Below are positions 9,884-20,252 of a stretch of DNA of 32,506 nucleotides, piece after piece. This DNA comes from Actinomycetota bacterium. Lineage in GTDB: Bacteria; Actinomycetota; Actinomycetes; Actinomycetales; Microbacteriaceae. The stretch covers positions 1 to 32,506 of the forward strand of contig JBEGKV010000001.1 of NCBI GenBank assembly GCA_041183925.1. Reading direction: 5' to 3'. The notes under the pieces are model-generated. The model worked only from the letters and a program-made list of their open reading frames with translations, made no database searches and was not told where the DNA came from. Every line of letters begins with the position of its first letter. Position 1 is the stretch's first letter. The position numbers and the translations under genes are program-made.

Positions 9884-9934
9884 CAGTTATACACAGTTAG
9901 CGACATGGAAAAATTTGGCTCCCCCTATCGAGGC

Positions 9935-10696
9935 TTAGTGGCCGTCGAGTTCGGCAGAGATGGACGCGGCAGCGTCGGTCAACGTCGAAACCAAACGATT
10001 AATGTCAAGGCGGTTCAAATGAACAATCACCCCAACGGCCGCCACGCACCTGCCGTTTCGCATGATGGGAACGGCGATAGATCCACTGCCGCGGGTCATC
10101 TCCTGTCGCGTGATGGAATACCCGTTCTTTCGCACTTCAGCCAGGTCTTTTCGAAGGGCATCCGGCTGGGTAATTGATTGGGGGGTTGGCTTGGGCAGTG
10201 GCTGTGCCAAATACTGCTCAATAGCCTTCTCTGATTGATAGGCCAGCAAGACCTTCCCCACGCCGGTGGTGTGCAGGGGCAGGTGGCCTCCTGCACGACT
10301 AATAGTGGGAACGCTGCGTTCACCCACCAGGCGATCCACATAAAGCGCTTGGCCCCGGTCCAAAACTGCCAGAGTTACGTTCTCTCCTGTCTCCTCATAG
10401 AGGCGAGCAAGGGTCGGCAGTGCACTTTCACGGAGACGCTCACTGAGCGGAGCATGCTGCGCAATGGTCCACAACTTGGTTCCAATTCGAAAACGGCGAT
10501 CGGATCCTTTGCTGAGAAATCCAGCTTCTTCGAGTCGGGCAACAATGCGGTGACAGGTCGACATGGGTAGCTTTGTCAGCCGGGAGAGCTGAGTCAGCGT
10601 GAGGGCACTGTGATGTGGATCGAAGCAGCTCAGGATTTCAATGGCACGTTCAAGAAGCGCCGTGGGAGCGCCGGTATCCACTCGTGCTGGACTCAT
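9935..10696 (-). CDS. IclR-family regulator divergent from pobA (PobR-like)
   Basis: RAIEILSCF...LPMSTCHRIV HTH; LPLHTTGVGKVLLAY. Confidence 0.92.
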   Translation of the reverse strand: MSPARVDTGAPTALLERAIEILSCFDPHHSALTLTQLSRLTKLPMSTCHRIVARLEEAGFLSKGSDRRFRIGTKLWTIAQHAPLSERLRESALPTLARLYEETGENVTLAVLDRGQALYVDRLVGERSVPTISRAGGHLPLHTTGVGKVLLAYQSEKAIEQYLAQPLPKPTPQSITQPDALRKDLAEVRKNGYSITRQEMTRGSGSIAVPIMRNGRCVAAVGVIVHLNRLDINRLVSTLTDAAASISAELDGH

Positions 10697-10725
10697 CTGT
10701 TTTCCTCGCGAACGTCATTGTCGGA

Positions 10726-10748
10726 AAAGTTTCATCAGATGAAACTTT
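10726..10748. promoter_or_regulatory. Putative IclR operator between regulator and pobA
   Basis: AAAGTTTCATC-a-GATGAAACTTT, perfect 11-bp arms. Confidence 0.75.
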
Positions 10749-10818
10749 AGTCTTGCTGGCTTGAGAGCAACAGGCCTGAATAGTCATAGCTGTTTCCCCT
10801 CTATATAAAGGTTCAACG

Positions 10819-12009
10819 ATGACCATTGCAATCCGCACTCAGGTAGGCATTCTAGGCTCCGGCCCTGCTGGCCTCCAGCTCGCCCACTTACTTCAGCGCG
10901 CAGGAATTGACTCCGTCGTCATTGACGGTCGAAGTCGAGAAGACATCGAAGGCACCGTCAAAGCGGGCATTCTTGAATCTCCTGCCGTCGAAGTTCTGGT
11001 CGAAACTGATGTAGTTACTCGCGACTATGTCGAGACCATGCGTCACGACGGGATCGAATTCCACTTTGACAACCACGCGCACCGCTTTGATTTCCCCTCC
11101 CTGACCGGCAAGGGCGTTTATCTCTTCCCTCAACACGAAGTCCTCAAGGAACAGATCAAGGCACGCATTGCCGCAGGCGTGACGCCTCTCTTCGAGTATC
11201 TTGCTGACAAAGTTGTGGATGGCCCCCACGGTCCCATGATTGTGGGAAAGACCTCGACTGGTGAAACCTTCGAAATCTCAGCCGACTTTGTCATTGGGGC
11301 GGATGGCTCGATGAGTATCGCGCGCGAATACGTGACCGGAGACCGCTTTAGCGGTATGGCCCGGGAATACCCCTTCGGCTGGTACGGCATCCTCGTGGAA
11401 GCACCCCCGAGTTCAGAAGAACTCATCTACAGCCGCTCGGAAGAAGGCTTTGTTCTCATCTCCACCCGTGACGAGAATATCCAGCGGATGTATTTCCAGT
11501 GCGACCCCAACATGGACGTCAACGCCGTCACTGACGAGCAAATCTGGAATACCCTCCAGGCTGGCGTCGCAACACACGAACTTAAGCGTGGACCCATCTT
11601 CCGTAAAGATGTACTCAAGTTCCGCAGCTACGTCCACGACAGTTTGCGTAAGAACAAGGTCTTCCTGATGGGAGATGCAGCGCACACTGTTCCGCCCACT
11701 GGCGCCAAGGGACTCAACCTCGCTTTCAGTGATGTTCTCTGGCTCAACCGCGCACTGCGCGAGTACTACCGCTCAGGCTCTGAAGCACACTTGGATACCT
11801 ACCAGGAAGACGCTCTCAAGCGCATCTGGAAGGCAACCAATTACTCCTACATGATGACCACCATGCTGCACATCGCACCGGATGCTACCGAGTTCGACAA
11901 GCAGCGACAGGTTGCTGACCTCTATGCCCACACCGAGTCAGAAGCCGGTCAACGATTCATTGCAGAAGGTTATGTGGGCTGGGAGTACAGCGCCGACGAT
12001 TGGCGTTAA
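10819..12009 (+). CDS. pobA: 4-hydroxybenzoate 3-monooxygenase
   Basis: GSGPAG, AGILE, GADG, EYPFGWYGIL, ELIY, GDAAHTVPPTGAKGLNLA, AEGYVG. Confidence 0.92.
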   Translation: MTIAIRTQVGILGSGPAGLQLAHLLQRAGIDSVVIDGRSREDIEGTVKAGILESPAVEVLVETDVVTRDYVETMRHDGIEFHFDNHAHRFDFPSLTGKGVYLFPQHEVLKEQIKARIAAGVTPLFEYLADKVVDGPHGPMIVGKTSTGETFEISADFVIGADGSMSIAREYVTGDRFSGMAREYPFGWYGILVEAPPSSEELIYSRSEEGFVLISTRDENIQRMYFQCDPNMDVNAVTDEQIWNTLQAGVATHELKRGPIFRKDVLKFRSYVHDSLRKNKVFLMGDAAHTVPPTGAKGLNLAFSDVLWLNRALREYYRSGSEAHLDTYQEDALKRIWKATNYSYMMTTMLHIAPDATEFDKQRQVADLYAHTESEAGQRFIAEGYVGWEYSADDWR

Positions 12010-12030
12010 TACAACTCGACCCACAGAAAA

Positions 12031-12066
12031 CTCTCGGTCCCCGTTTATGAGGATGGGGGCCGAGAG
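12031..12066. terminator. Hairpin terminator between convergent pobA and couO-like gene
   Basis: CTCTCGGTCCCCGT...ATGGGGGCCGAGAG stem with G-U pairs. Confidence 0.7.
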
Positions 12067-12069
12067 CAG

Positions 12070-12960
12070 TTAACCTGCGGAGGTCAGACCGAGGAGCCTC
12101 AATGCGTTTTCCCGCAAGATGAGGGGGCGAACCTCTTCCTTGAAGGGAGCATTCTCAAAGTCACTCAGCCAGCGATCCGGTGTCAGCAAAGGATAATCAG
12201 AGCCAAAGAGAACTTTGTTTTTGAGCAGCGAGTTTGCTTGGCGGACGAGTGCCTCGGGGAAGTACTTGGGGGACCAGCCTGAAAGGTCAATCCAGGTATT
12301 GGCCTTGTGTGTAGCTACTGCAATTGCTTCATCTTGCCAGGGGACGGAAGGGTGAGCCATGATGATCGGTAGCTCAGGGAACTGTGCAGCTACCTCGTCG
12401 AGATGAATCGGATTGGACAAGCCAATTCTCATTCCGGAACCTCCCGGAGTTCCAGCACCTATTCCAGTTTGTCCGGTGTGGAAAAGAGCTGGAACGCCAG
12501 CTTCCTGCAGTACCTCGTAGAGAGGGAAGACGGACTCATCATGGGGAGCAAAGTTCTGCACGGTGGGGTGAAACTTGAAACCTTTGACTCCCGCGTCCCC
12601 GATGAGCTTTTTTGCTAACTCAACTGCCTTCTTCGGCTGGAGCGGATCCACAGAGCCAAAGGGAATGAGGACATCGTTATTTGTGGCAGCGCCAGCTGCA
12701 ATCTCAAAGCTATCTATCGGGTTATGGCCAAGTGCCGTCTCCGCATCCACTGTGAAGACAACCGCAGCCATGTTGCGTTCGCGATAATAGTCAGCTACTT
12801 GGTCCAACGTGGGACGAGCAGGCTCAGCGCGGAAGTAGGCAGTTGCAGCATCAATCAGCTTCTGGGGAAGTGAGGTGTGGCCGTGAGCGTCAACCTCGAT
12901 GTGAACATGCATATCGAGGGCGACAAAGTTCTCCACGTCGAGTCCGTATTCATAGCTCAT
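12070..12960 (-). CDS. couO: Amidohydrolase-family 4-hydroxyphenyl-beta-ketoacyl-CoA hydrolase (CouO/PhdC-like)
   Basis: DMHVH, FGSVDP, GFKFHP, FHTGQTGIGAG, AHPSVPWQDEA, IDLSGWSPKYFP, FGSDYP. Confidence 0.8.
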   Translation of the reverse strand: MSYEYGLDVENFVALDMHVHIEVDAHGHTSLPQKLIDAATAYFRAEPARPTLDQVADYYRERNMAAVVFTVDAETALGHNPIDSFEIAAGAATNNDVLIPFGSVDPLQPKKAVELAKKLIGDAGVKGFKFHPTVQNFAPHDESVFPLYEVLQEAGVPALFHTGQTGIGAGTPGGSGMRIGLSNPIHLDEVAAQFPELPIIMAHPSVPWQDEAIAVATHKANTWIDLSGWSPKYFPEALVRQANSLLKNKVLFGSDYPLLTPDRWLSDFENAPFKEEVRPLILRENALRLLGLTSAG

Positions 12961-13009
12961 GAACTCATTATCTCCAGATTGGTGGTGCCACGTTCGTGAA
13001 GAATTACAT

Positions 13010-14998
13010 TCACGTGAGGACTTCCTTCAGAGCGGCGATGATGCCATCAAGATCATCCGGACGAACCAACACGCCCCGATCGATGGTTGTGCCCGTATCA
13101 ATGCCTTGCACCAAACGCTTAAGTGGAATCTCTAGGCGCTTACCCGTTGCTGTGCGCGGAACACTGGGGACCCACACAATGACGTCTGGCACGTGGCGCG
13201 GAGACAGCTCGGTGCGAATGAAGGTTTTCAGTGACTTTTCTGCGATTTCGCGGTCAACATCCCCCGCTGCGACAGCGAGTAAAACCAGCTTGCCCATTCC
13301 CCCTGCTGGATCCTCAAAATGCAGAACTAGTGAATCTTTGAGTTCTGGTCGCGGATCCAAGATGGCGTAAAACTCTGCCGTACCGAGTCGAACTCCACCA
13401 CGATTAAGGGTGGCATCACTGCGGCCAGTAATTGCCCACGTGTTGCGCTCAGTATGAATCAACCAGTCTCCATGACGCCACACCCCTGGCCACGTATCAA
13501 AATAGCTCGCCGAGTAGCGCTCATAATTCTCATCACCCCAGAAAAAAGAGGGCATCGAGGGTAGCGGCGCAACGCAGACTAACTCGCCAGGTTCACCCGT
13601 TACTTCTTGCCCGTCTGGGCCCCAGCTATAGACGGCTGCTCCCAGGGGTCGCACAGCCATCTCACCCGCGTTAACGGGAGAAAGCGGACTGCCGCAGACG
13701 AAGCCGCTACAAATATCTGTTCCGCCGGAAGCTGGTGCGAGCAGGAGTGAAGAATTGACTTCGGCGTAAACCCATCCAGCAACATCAGCTGCAAGGGGCG
13801 AACCAGAGCACTGTATTTCTCTCAGTCCTGAGAGGTCCCACGTTTTCCCGGGTGTCAGACCCGAATGTGCACACACTGCCAAATAGGCAGAGCCTGTGGT
13901 GAGGTAAGTGGACTTTGTTTCGGCCAAAATTGCCCACTGAGACCATGGACCATCAAGTGTTGGCCAACCGGGATCACCATCCATCAGCACCATGGAGGCA
14001 CCGACAAGAAGCGAAGAAACACTGAGATTCCACACCATCCAGCCGGTTGTTGAATACCAGAAAGTTCGGTCTCGGTCGGAGATATCAAAATGCAATGCAA
14101 TGTCCTTGAAGTGCTCCAAAAGAAGCCCCCCATGGCAGTGCACGATTGCTTTCGGTTTTCCCGTGGTGCCAGATGAAAAGAGAATAACGAGGGGATGCTC
14201 GAAAGATACGGAGACAAAGTCCATATCATCCCGGAAATGAGTGAACTCACCATAAGAGATCATCCCTGCTGGTATCGCAGTGTCCGCATCTAGATAGGGA
14301 AGCAATACGCTCTTCATGCCCGGAAGTGCGGCTCGGATGCGCGCAATCTCATCTTGTCGAGAGACAGCCTTCGCCCCCCATTGATATCCATCGACAGCGA
14401 TCATCAGGCTCGGTTTCAGCTGTTCGATACGATCCAATACGCTCTGCGGCCCCATCTCTGGGGGAACTGAGCACCAAATTGCTCCCAGTGATGCTGTGGC
14501 GAAATACAGAGCAACGGTCTGCGGGATATTAGGAAGGTAGCCAACAACTCGGTCGCCCTCCTTAACGCCTTGAGCTACGAGTCCTGTCCGCAATGATGCG
14601 ATTTCATCGAGAAGCTGCTGGCCCGTCCATTCAGACGAACCAACGGTTTGACTCCGATTGATCAGGATGGGGGTACTTGCTTTGTCAAGAAGTGCCCGGT
14701 AGATATGTTCCGAATAGTTGATCCGCGCACCTGGGAACCATTGCGCACCTGGCATCGTTTTCTGACCGAGAACTGCGCTGTGAGGAGCGTGGGAAATGAT
14801 CTCGAAGTGATCCCACAACTGTTGCCAAAAGTCTTCGAGATTCTCAACTGACCATTCCCAGGCCTGGTCGTAGGTGTCGAAGTGGATCTCGTATGTGGCT
14901 TCAATTTTTGCCAGGAAACGGCCCATCTCAGTGGTATTCCATTGGTCACGGGGCAAGGCCGGGCGAAGTTCTGTTCCTAAAGCTGTCGACATTGACAT
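13010..14998 (-). CDS. Acetoacetate-CoA-ligase-family acyl-CoA synthetase (probable aroyl-acetate CoA ligase)
   Basis: WFPGARINYSE, FSSGTTGKPKAIVH, YSTTGWMVWN, SGGTDIC, VWRHGDW, GRSDATLNRGGVRLGTAE; substrate inferred from context. Confidence 0.85.
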   Translation of the reverse strand: MSMSTALGTELRPALPRDQWNTTEMGRFLAKIEATYEIHFDTYDQAWEWSVENLEDFWQQLWDHFEIISHAPHSAVLGQKTMPGAQWFPGARINYSEHIYRALLDKASTPILINRSQTVGSSEWTGQQLLDEIASLRTGLVAQGVKEGDRVVGYLPNIPQTVALYFATASLGAIWCSVPPEMGPQSVLDRIEQLKPSLMIAVDGYQWGAKAVSRQDEIARIRAALPGMKSVLLPYLDADTAIPAGMISYGEFTHFRDDMDFVSVSFEHPLVILFSSGTTGKPKAIVHCHGGLLLEHFKDIALHFDISDRDRTFWYSTTGWMVWNLSVSSLLVGASMVLMDGDPGWPTLDGPWSQWAILAETKSTYLTTGSAYLAVCAHSGLTPGKTWDLSGLREIQCSGSPLAADVAGWVYAEVNSSLLLAPASGGTDICSGFVCGSPLSPVNAGEMAVRPLGAAVYSWGPDGQEVTGEPGELVCVAPLPSMPSFFWGDENYERYSASYFDTWPGVWRHGDWLIHTERNTWAITGRSDATLNRGGVRLGTAEFYAILDPRPELKDSLVLHFEDPAGGMGKLVLLAVAAGDVDREIAEKSLKTFIRTELSPRHVPDVIVWVPSVPRTATGKRLEIPLKRLVQGIDTGTTIDRGVLVRPDDLDGIIAALKEVLT

Positions 14999-15021
14999 TC
15001 CTTTTCAGTTCACCAGAGTGT

Positions 15022-15804
15022 CTAACTCTGGCCTGTTGCTTTCAATTCTTCGAGACGAGCTGCAAACCCATGGCATGCATTAAGAAGCGCAGCGGAACAC
15101 TCTTCAATATCGGTGCGCGCGTCATAATTGACCACACCACATGCAGCTTCGATTCGCCCGTTGACGAACACGGGAGCCGCGATTGCTACAGCCCCTGGAA
15201 CATATTCGCTTGCCGAGTAGGCATAACCGCGGTCACGAACATGCGAGAGCTCACGGAGCAAAGAACGCTTGCTGGTGATTGTTTCGTCGGTATAGCTGGT
15301 TAAGGGCATGCCGACAACATCATCGATCAGGGATGTTTCTGCATACGCGAGAAGGACTTGACCCACGGCCGTGGCATGGAGGGGAATACGAGCCCCAATG
15401 CGACTTTGAATGGGAACCCCCACTTCACTGGTGAGCTTTTCCACATAAACCGCATCCATGCCATCGAGCACAGCAAGCTGCACCGTTTCATGCGTGACGT
15501 ATTGCAGGTTGAGTAAGAAAGGCATCGCTATTTCTCGCAAGCGACCGTGGACGGGGGTGAGGAGCCCCATCTCCCACAACTTGATGCCCAAGCTATAAAA
15601 ATGAGAAGCATCGCGCTGCAAGAATCCGCCTTCTTCGAGCTCTCCGGCAAGCCGGAATACTGTGGCTACGGGAAGCCCCGTCGCTCGAGAGATCTGGCTC
15701 AGAGTAAGCCGCGGGGTCAGTGCGCTGAATGCTCCGAGCACGCTCAACGCCCTCGCCGTGACGGACTTCGAGGGTGTGGGCGGAGTTGAGCTTGTGGTCG
15801 ACAT
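15022..15804 (-). CDS. IclR-family regulator divergent from carboxylase operon
   Basis: SVTARALSVLGAF HTH; PLHATAVGQVLLAY. Confidence 0.92.
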   Translation of the reverse strand: MSTTSSTPPTPSKSVTARALSVLGAFSALTPRLTLSQISRATGLPVATVFRLAGELEEGGFLQRDASHFYSLGIKLWEMGLLTPVHGRLREIAMPFLLNLQYVTHETVQLAVLDGMDAVYVEKLTSEVGVPIQSRIGARIPLHATAVGQVLLAYAETSLIDDVVGMPLTSYTDETITSKRSLLRELSHVRDRGYAYSASEYVPGAVAIAAPVFVNGRIEAACGVVNYDARTDIEECSAALLNACHGFAARLEELKATGQS

Positions 15805-15849
15805 TGTGCTTTCACTCTAAGTCAGAACAGGTGATTTATGTAGAAATAG

Positions 15850-15868
15850 TTTTTCACTGAATGAAAAA
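15850..15868. promoter_or_regulatory. Putative IclR operator of the carboxylase module
   Basis: TTTTTCA-ctgaa-TGAAAAA; core TCACTGAATGA also found at 30045-30055. Confidence 0.7.
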
Positions 15869-15956
15869 ATTACTTGCACTGCACTGTAATACCGGGGAAA
15901 CTGAGGACAGGTTTACAACGTTGTCATAGTCGACACCACCGAATATGAGGTCCCCC

Positions 15957-16421
15957 ATGTCTGAAACTCCAAGCTGGCAAGAACTGCTTGATCTGGTTGA
16001 GCAGCTCAATAACAGCGACTACGAGAATGCCAGCGTTCAATTCGGTAACGTCTCGGTCCGTCTCTCAAAGAATGAGCCATTCGTTGAAACGGCATCGCCA
16101 GTTGTTGCAGCACTATCCCCTGTTTCGGCGCCTGTAGTAAATGCTGCAACGCCTGCCACCGTTACATCTGCAGCTCCAGTAGGTGACACCATTGACGCCC
16201 CCATGATTGGTGTTTTTTACCGCCGCCCCTCACCCGGAGCAGACGAATTCGTCAAGCCAGGCGATACAGTCACTGCTGAAACCACAATCGGCATTATCGA
16301 GATCATGAAGCTCATGAATCCTGTAGTTGCTGGAAAAGCTGGCGTGCTGGGTGAATTCTTGGTGACTGACTCGAACCCGGTTGAGTTCGGCCAGCCCCTC
16401 GTCCAGATCACTCTCAACTAG
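15957..16421 (+). CDS. Biotin carboxyl carrier protein
   Basis: Ala/Pro linker, APMIGVFYRRPSPG, EIMKLMN biotinyl-lysine motif, VEFGQPL. Confidence 0.92.
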   Translation: MSETPSWQELLDLVEQLNNSDYENASVQFGNVSVRLSKNEPFVETASPVVAALSPVSAPVVNAATPATVTSAAPVGDTIDAPMIGVFYRRPSPGADEFVKPGDTVTAETTIGIIEIMKLMNPVVAGKAGVLGEFLVTDSNPVEFGQPLVQITLN

Positions 16422-16429
16422 TCCAGATC

Positions 16430-17803
16430 ATGACTACTTCACACAAGCCCGTTGTGTTGGTTGCTAACCGCGGAGAAATCGCGATGCGTATCATCGCAGC
16501 AGCCCGCCGAATCGGCGCCTCCCCCGTTCTTGCGGCCAGCGTTGCGGACGCGAATTCCCCCGCCGCCCGCGCTGCTGACCGCGTTGTCGTCATCGGTGCC
16601 GCGCAAGCCAACCTGTCTTATTTGCGGCCAGAACAAGTTGCTCAGGCTGCTGTGAATGTCGGTGCAACCGTGGTTCACCCCGGTTATGGCTTCTTGAGCG
16701 AGCAACCCAAGCTTTGTGAGCTTCTGGAAGAAGAAGGTATTGCGTTTGCTGGCCCTCGCCCGGAAACCCTGCGTGCTGTGGGGGATAAGGGAAGTGCCCG
16801 CCTCGTCGCCATTGAGGCAAACGTTCCGGTCGCACAGGGTATAGAGATCAATGACCCTAGCGAGGTTCGCTCTCTCGGGGAAAAACTCGGCTTCCCTCTG
16901 CTCATCAAAGCTATTCATGGTGGCGGGGGCCGTGGGATTCGTTTGGTGACCAACCTGGATGAACTGGAAGAGCTTGCTCCCCAAGCTGCACAAGAAGCTG
17001 AGGTTGCCTTTGGCAATGGGGCCCTTTACCTCGAGCGTTATTACGGCCTTGCACGTCACGTGGAAGTTCAGGTATTTGGCGACGGCGAAGGAAATGCATG
17101 GATCTTTGGTGACCGCGACTGCTCCGTGCAGCGCCGTCACCAGAAGCTCATTGAAGAATGCCCTGCACCGGGCTTGAGTGAAGCCCGCCGCACGATTCTG
17201 CACGACTCTTCTCGACGACTGGTGAAAGCACTGAAATATCGAGGTGCTGGAACTGTGGAATTCTTAGTCGACACCCAAAGCGAGGACGTTGTCTTCCTAG
17301 AAGTCAACGCCCGTATTCAGGTTGAACATCCAGTCACTGAAGAAGCCTTCGGAGTGGACCTCGTTGCTGCGCAGCTGCGTTTAGCGTTGGGGATGGATCC
17401 TGAATTGCCGGAGGTGGGACCTGTTCCACCTGCCAGTGTGATTGAACTTCGCATTAATTCAGAAGACCCTGACAACAACTTCATGCCGAATTCGGGAGTA
17501 CTCACTGAGGTGAGCTGGCCCAAGGGTCCCGGTATCCGCATCGATACTCAAGTAGAAACCGGCTACAGCTTCCCGCCTTACTACGACAGCTTGATGGCGA
17601 AACTCATTGTGCGAGCTCATGACCGTAAAGCTGCGGTAGCAGCCGCACTGGCTGCGGCACAGAACACCACCATTGCCGGACTTAAGACCACCTTGCCCAT
17701 GCTCGAATATGTACTTTCACACGACGACTTCATTGCGGGAGAAATCCCAACCAGCTGGTTTGGTCCCATCTGGGAAGAACGAAAGGTAACCGACAATGTC
17801 TGA
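16430..17803 (+). CDS. Biotin carboxylase subunit
   Basis: VANRGEIA, HPGYGFLSE, GGGGRGIR, RDCSVQRRHQK, EVNARIQVEHPVTE, YYDSLMAK. Confidence 0.95.
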   Translation: MTTSHKPVVLVANRGEIAMRIIAAARRIGASPVLAASVADANSPAARAADRVVVIGAAQANLSYLRPEQVAQAAVNVGATVVHPGYGFLSEQPKLCELLEEEGIAFAGPRPETLRAVGDKGSARLVAIEANVPVAQGIEINDPSEVRSLGEKLGFPLLIKAIHGGGGRGIRLVTNLDELEELAPQAAQEAEVAFGNGALYLERYYGLARHVEVQVFGDGEGNAWIFGDRDCSVQRRHQKLIEECPAPGLSEARRTILHDSSRRLVKALKYRGAGTVEFLVDTQSEDVVFLEVNARIQVEHPVTEEAFGVDLVAAQLRLALGMDPELPEVGPVPPASVIELRINSEDPDNNFMPNSGVLTEVSWPKGPGIRIDTQVETGYSFPPYYDSLMAKLIVRAHDRKAAVAAALAAAQNTTIAGLKTTLPMLEYVLSHDDFIAGEIPTSWFGPIWEERKVTDNV

Positions 17804-19340
17804 GATGAATCTGACCGGCGAACAGCGCCGCCAAGGGCCCATCAAGATCGTCGACACCAGTATTCGTGATGGTAACCAAAGCCTTTGGGCTGCCACCGGG
17901 ATCACCACTGGCATGGCCGAGGCAATGGCGCCAATTTATGAACGTATGGGTTTACACGCGCTGGACTTCACCAGCTCCACCCATCTCGTCATGGGGACAA
18001 AGTTCCACGGCGAAAACCCCTGGGAACGCATCAGCCGTGTTCGTGCAGCAGCTCCCAACACACACCTTTCCTGCATCACCACGGGCATGCGCTTTATGTC
18101 GTGGGAAAAGGCAGAAGAGTCGGTGTATCGCATGTCTTTGCGCGTGATGGCTCGGCATGGCCTGAGCCGACTCATGATTGCCGAGCCGGGCAACGACATA
18201 GAGCAAACCATGAAGGTAGCGCGTTGGGCTAAGCAAGAGGGTATTTCAGATGTGCTCGCCGGAGTGGTCTACACAACCAGCCCCGTGCACACTGACGAGA
18301 AGTTCCTGGCCGCAACTACCGCTTATGCCAAATGCGTAGATATTGACTCTGTCTATCTCAAAGACCCTGGCGGTCTCCTCACCGCTGAACGCACTCGGGA
18401 GCTTGTTCCCAAGATGCGAACAGCGTTGGGCACTAAGACATTTGAACTGCACAGCCACTGCACAACAGGGGCAGCACCTCACCTCTATCTGGTGGCGGCC
18501 GAGCTAGGCGTGGACGTCCTACACACGGGCATGGGGCCCCTCTCGAACGGAACTGCCCAGCCCAGTTTGGAACACCTGTTAGGTAACCTCGATGCCCTGG
18601 GTATTGATGTGGATATTGATCGAGAAGCAGCTGCCGAAGGATCCTCACTGCTATGGGATTTTGCCAAGAAACAGAAGCTGCTGCCGGGAGCTCCCACCGA
18701 ATATGACCTGAGCTTCCACAGCCACCAAGTTCCCGGTGGAATGATGGGTACGCTCAAGCGTCAGCTTGCCGAAATTGGCATGAGCGATGCTCTCCCAGCC
18801 GTGATTGAGGAGGCAGGTCGCGTCCGTGCTGACCTGGGATACCCCATTATGGTGACTCCCTTTAGTCAGTTTGTGGGAAGTCAAGCCCTGATGAACGTGT
18901 TGGCTGCCAAGAGTGGGCAGGAGCGTTACAGCCGAATTCCCGACGAAGTTGTGAAATTTGTTGTCGGTGACTTTGGTTCACCAGAAGGTGAGATCAACCC
19001 TGAGATTCTCCAGCGCGTGGCCGATAACCCTCGTGTGGCGGAGCTCAAAGCAGCGCAGCGCGAGCGAAGCATCGAAGAGCTGCACGCCGAATACACTGGC
19101 AAGTTTGGTAGCAAGCTCAGCGAGGAAGATCTTCTTCTGCGCATCGTGATGCCTCACGACCAAGCAGAAATTGCTATCAACGCAGCGCCTGCTCCTGCCT
19201 GGTCCCCCGGTGCTCGCCTCTCCATGGCTTCTGGTTCCGTCAATTCTGTTCAAACATTCATTGATGCCGCTAACGCTTTGCCAACCTGGAAGTCACTCTC
19301 CGTCCAGCGCGATGGCGCAACTGTTTCACTCTCTCGATAA
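17796..19340 (+). CDS. Pyruvate-carboxylase-B/OadA-like carboxyltransferase (probable aryl methyl ketone carboxylase subunit)
   Basis: DTSIRDGNQSL, ENPWERI, LKDPGG, ELHSHCTTG, HQVPGGM, PIMVTPFSQFVG; no fused biotinyl domain. Confidence 0.88.
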   Translation: MSEMNLTGEQRRQGPIKIVDTSIRDGNQSLWAATGITTGMAEAMAPIYERMGLHALDFTSSTHLVMGTKFHGENPWERISRVRAAAPNTHLSCITTGMRFMSWEKAEESVYRMSLRVMARHGLSRLMIAEPGNDIEQTMKVARWAKQEGISDVLAGVVYTTSPVHTDEKFLAATTAYAKCVDIDSVYLKDPGGLLTAERTRELVPKMRTALGTKTFELHSHCTTGAAPHLYLVAAELGVDVLHTGMGPLSNGTAQPSLEHLLGNLDALGIDVDIDREAAAEGSSLLWDFAKKQKLLPGAPTEYDLSFHSHQVPGGMMGTLKRQLAEIGMSDALPAVIEEAGRVRADLGYPIMVTPFSQFVGSQALMNVLAAKSGQERYSRIPDEVVKFVVGDFGSPEGEINPEILQRVADNPRVAELKAAQRERSIEELHAEYTGKFGSKLSEEDLLLRIVMPHDQAEIAINAAPAPAWSPGARLSMASGSVNSVQTFIDAANALPTWKSLSVQRDGATVSLSR

Positions 19341-19355
19341 CAACTAGGAATACTC

Positions 19356-20231
19356 ATGACCACCAGCAGCTTGCTCTCTCGCCTCAAGGCAACCCAAGGC
19401 ATCATGTTCGACATCGATGGCTGCCTCGTCATCTCTGATGGTCCCAGCGGTGCTGGCGGAAGCGTGCTTCCGGGCGCCATTGAATCCATCAAGTTTGCGC
19501 AGGACAGCGGCAGGGCCTACTGTGTGTTCACCAACGGAACCGCTCAGCGCCCCAAAGAAATTGCGCACCACTTGCGTGAAATGGGCTTCAACATTCCTGA
19601 CGAACTTGTCTTCACTCCCGCTGTCGTGGCAGCAGAAGTGATGAAAGAAAAATATGGAGATCAGCCCATCCTTGTCTTTGCCGCTGAGGGCATGCTCGAG
19701 GACTTCCGCGAGCGCGGTGTCAATGTGGTTGACGTCCCCGCCGCGATCGAGGGCGCCGAGCACGGTGCAGTTGCCGTGGTAATCGGCTGGGACACCAACT
19801 TCGGTAAAGACAAAATCCAGCTTGCTGCTGAAGCAATCCGCGATGGTGCGGAACTGTATTGCACGAGCTATGCGCCCATGTTTGCCTCTGCAGACCGTCT
19901 CAACGTGGGTGTCTCGGGCTTTATTACCTCTGGCCTCCTGTTTGTCACCGGCAAGAAGGACTTCGAGATTCTAGGGAAGCCTTCTCAGCACTCCATGAAT
20001 GTTGTGAGCCGCGTGTTGGATACTCCTCAGGAGAACATCCTGGTGATTGGTGACGACATCAAACTGGAGTCCACCATGGCACGTAATGCGGGAGCACTGG
20101 CTGGGCTGGTTTTGACCGGTACCAGCTCACGAGCAGATGCAGAACTTGCAGATCCTGCGGTTCAGCCTGAGCTCATTGTGGAAAGCATGACTGAGCTCCT
20201 CGAGCTATTTACGCAGGCAGATAACAGCTGA
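19356..20231 (+). CDS. HAD-IIA (NagD-like) phosphatase, probable aryl-phosphate phosphatase
   Basis: FDIDGCL, FTNG, GKPS, VIGDD, LVLTG motifs. Confidence 0.88.
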   Translation: MTTSSLLSRLKATQGIMFDIDGCLVISDGPSGAGGSVLPGAIESIKFAQDSGRAYCVFTNGTAQRPKEIAHHLREMGFNIPDELVFTPAVVAAEVMKEKYGDQPILVFAAEGMLEDFRERGVNVVDVPAAIEGAEHGAVAVVIGWDTNFGKDKIQLAAEAIRDGAELYCTSYAPMFASADRLNVGVSGFITSGLLFVTGKKDFEILGKPSQHSMNVVSRVLDTPQENILVIGDDIKLESTMARNAGALAGLVLTGTSSRADAELADPAVQPELIVESMTELLELFTQADNS

Positions 20232-20252
20232 TTTCATTGCCGCTGAGGACAA

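Noticed and set aside
16439-17203. 254-aa minus-strand ORF
   Set aside because: Antisense to the biotin carboxylase
15957-19340. Housekeeping acetyl-CoA or pyruvate carboxylase
   Set aside because: No AccD-type carboxyltransferase; divergent active-site motif; HAD, CoA ligase and CouO context indicates a catabolic role
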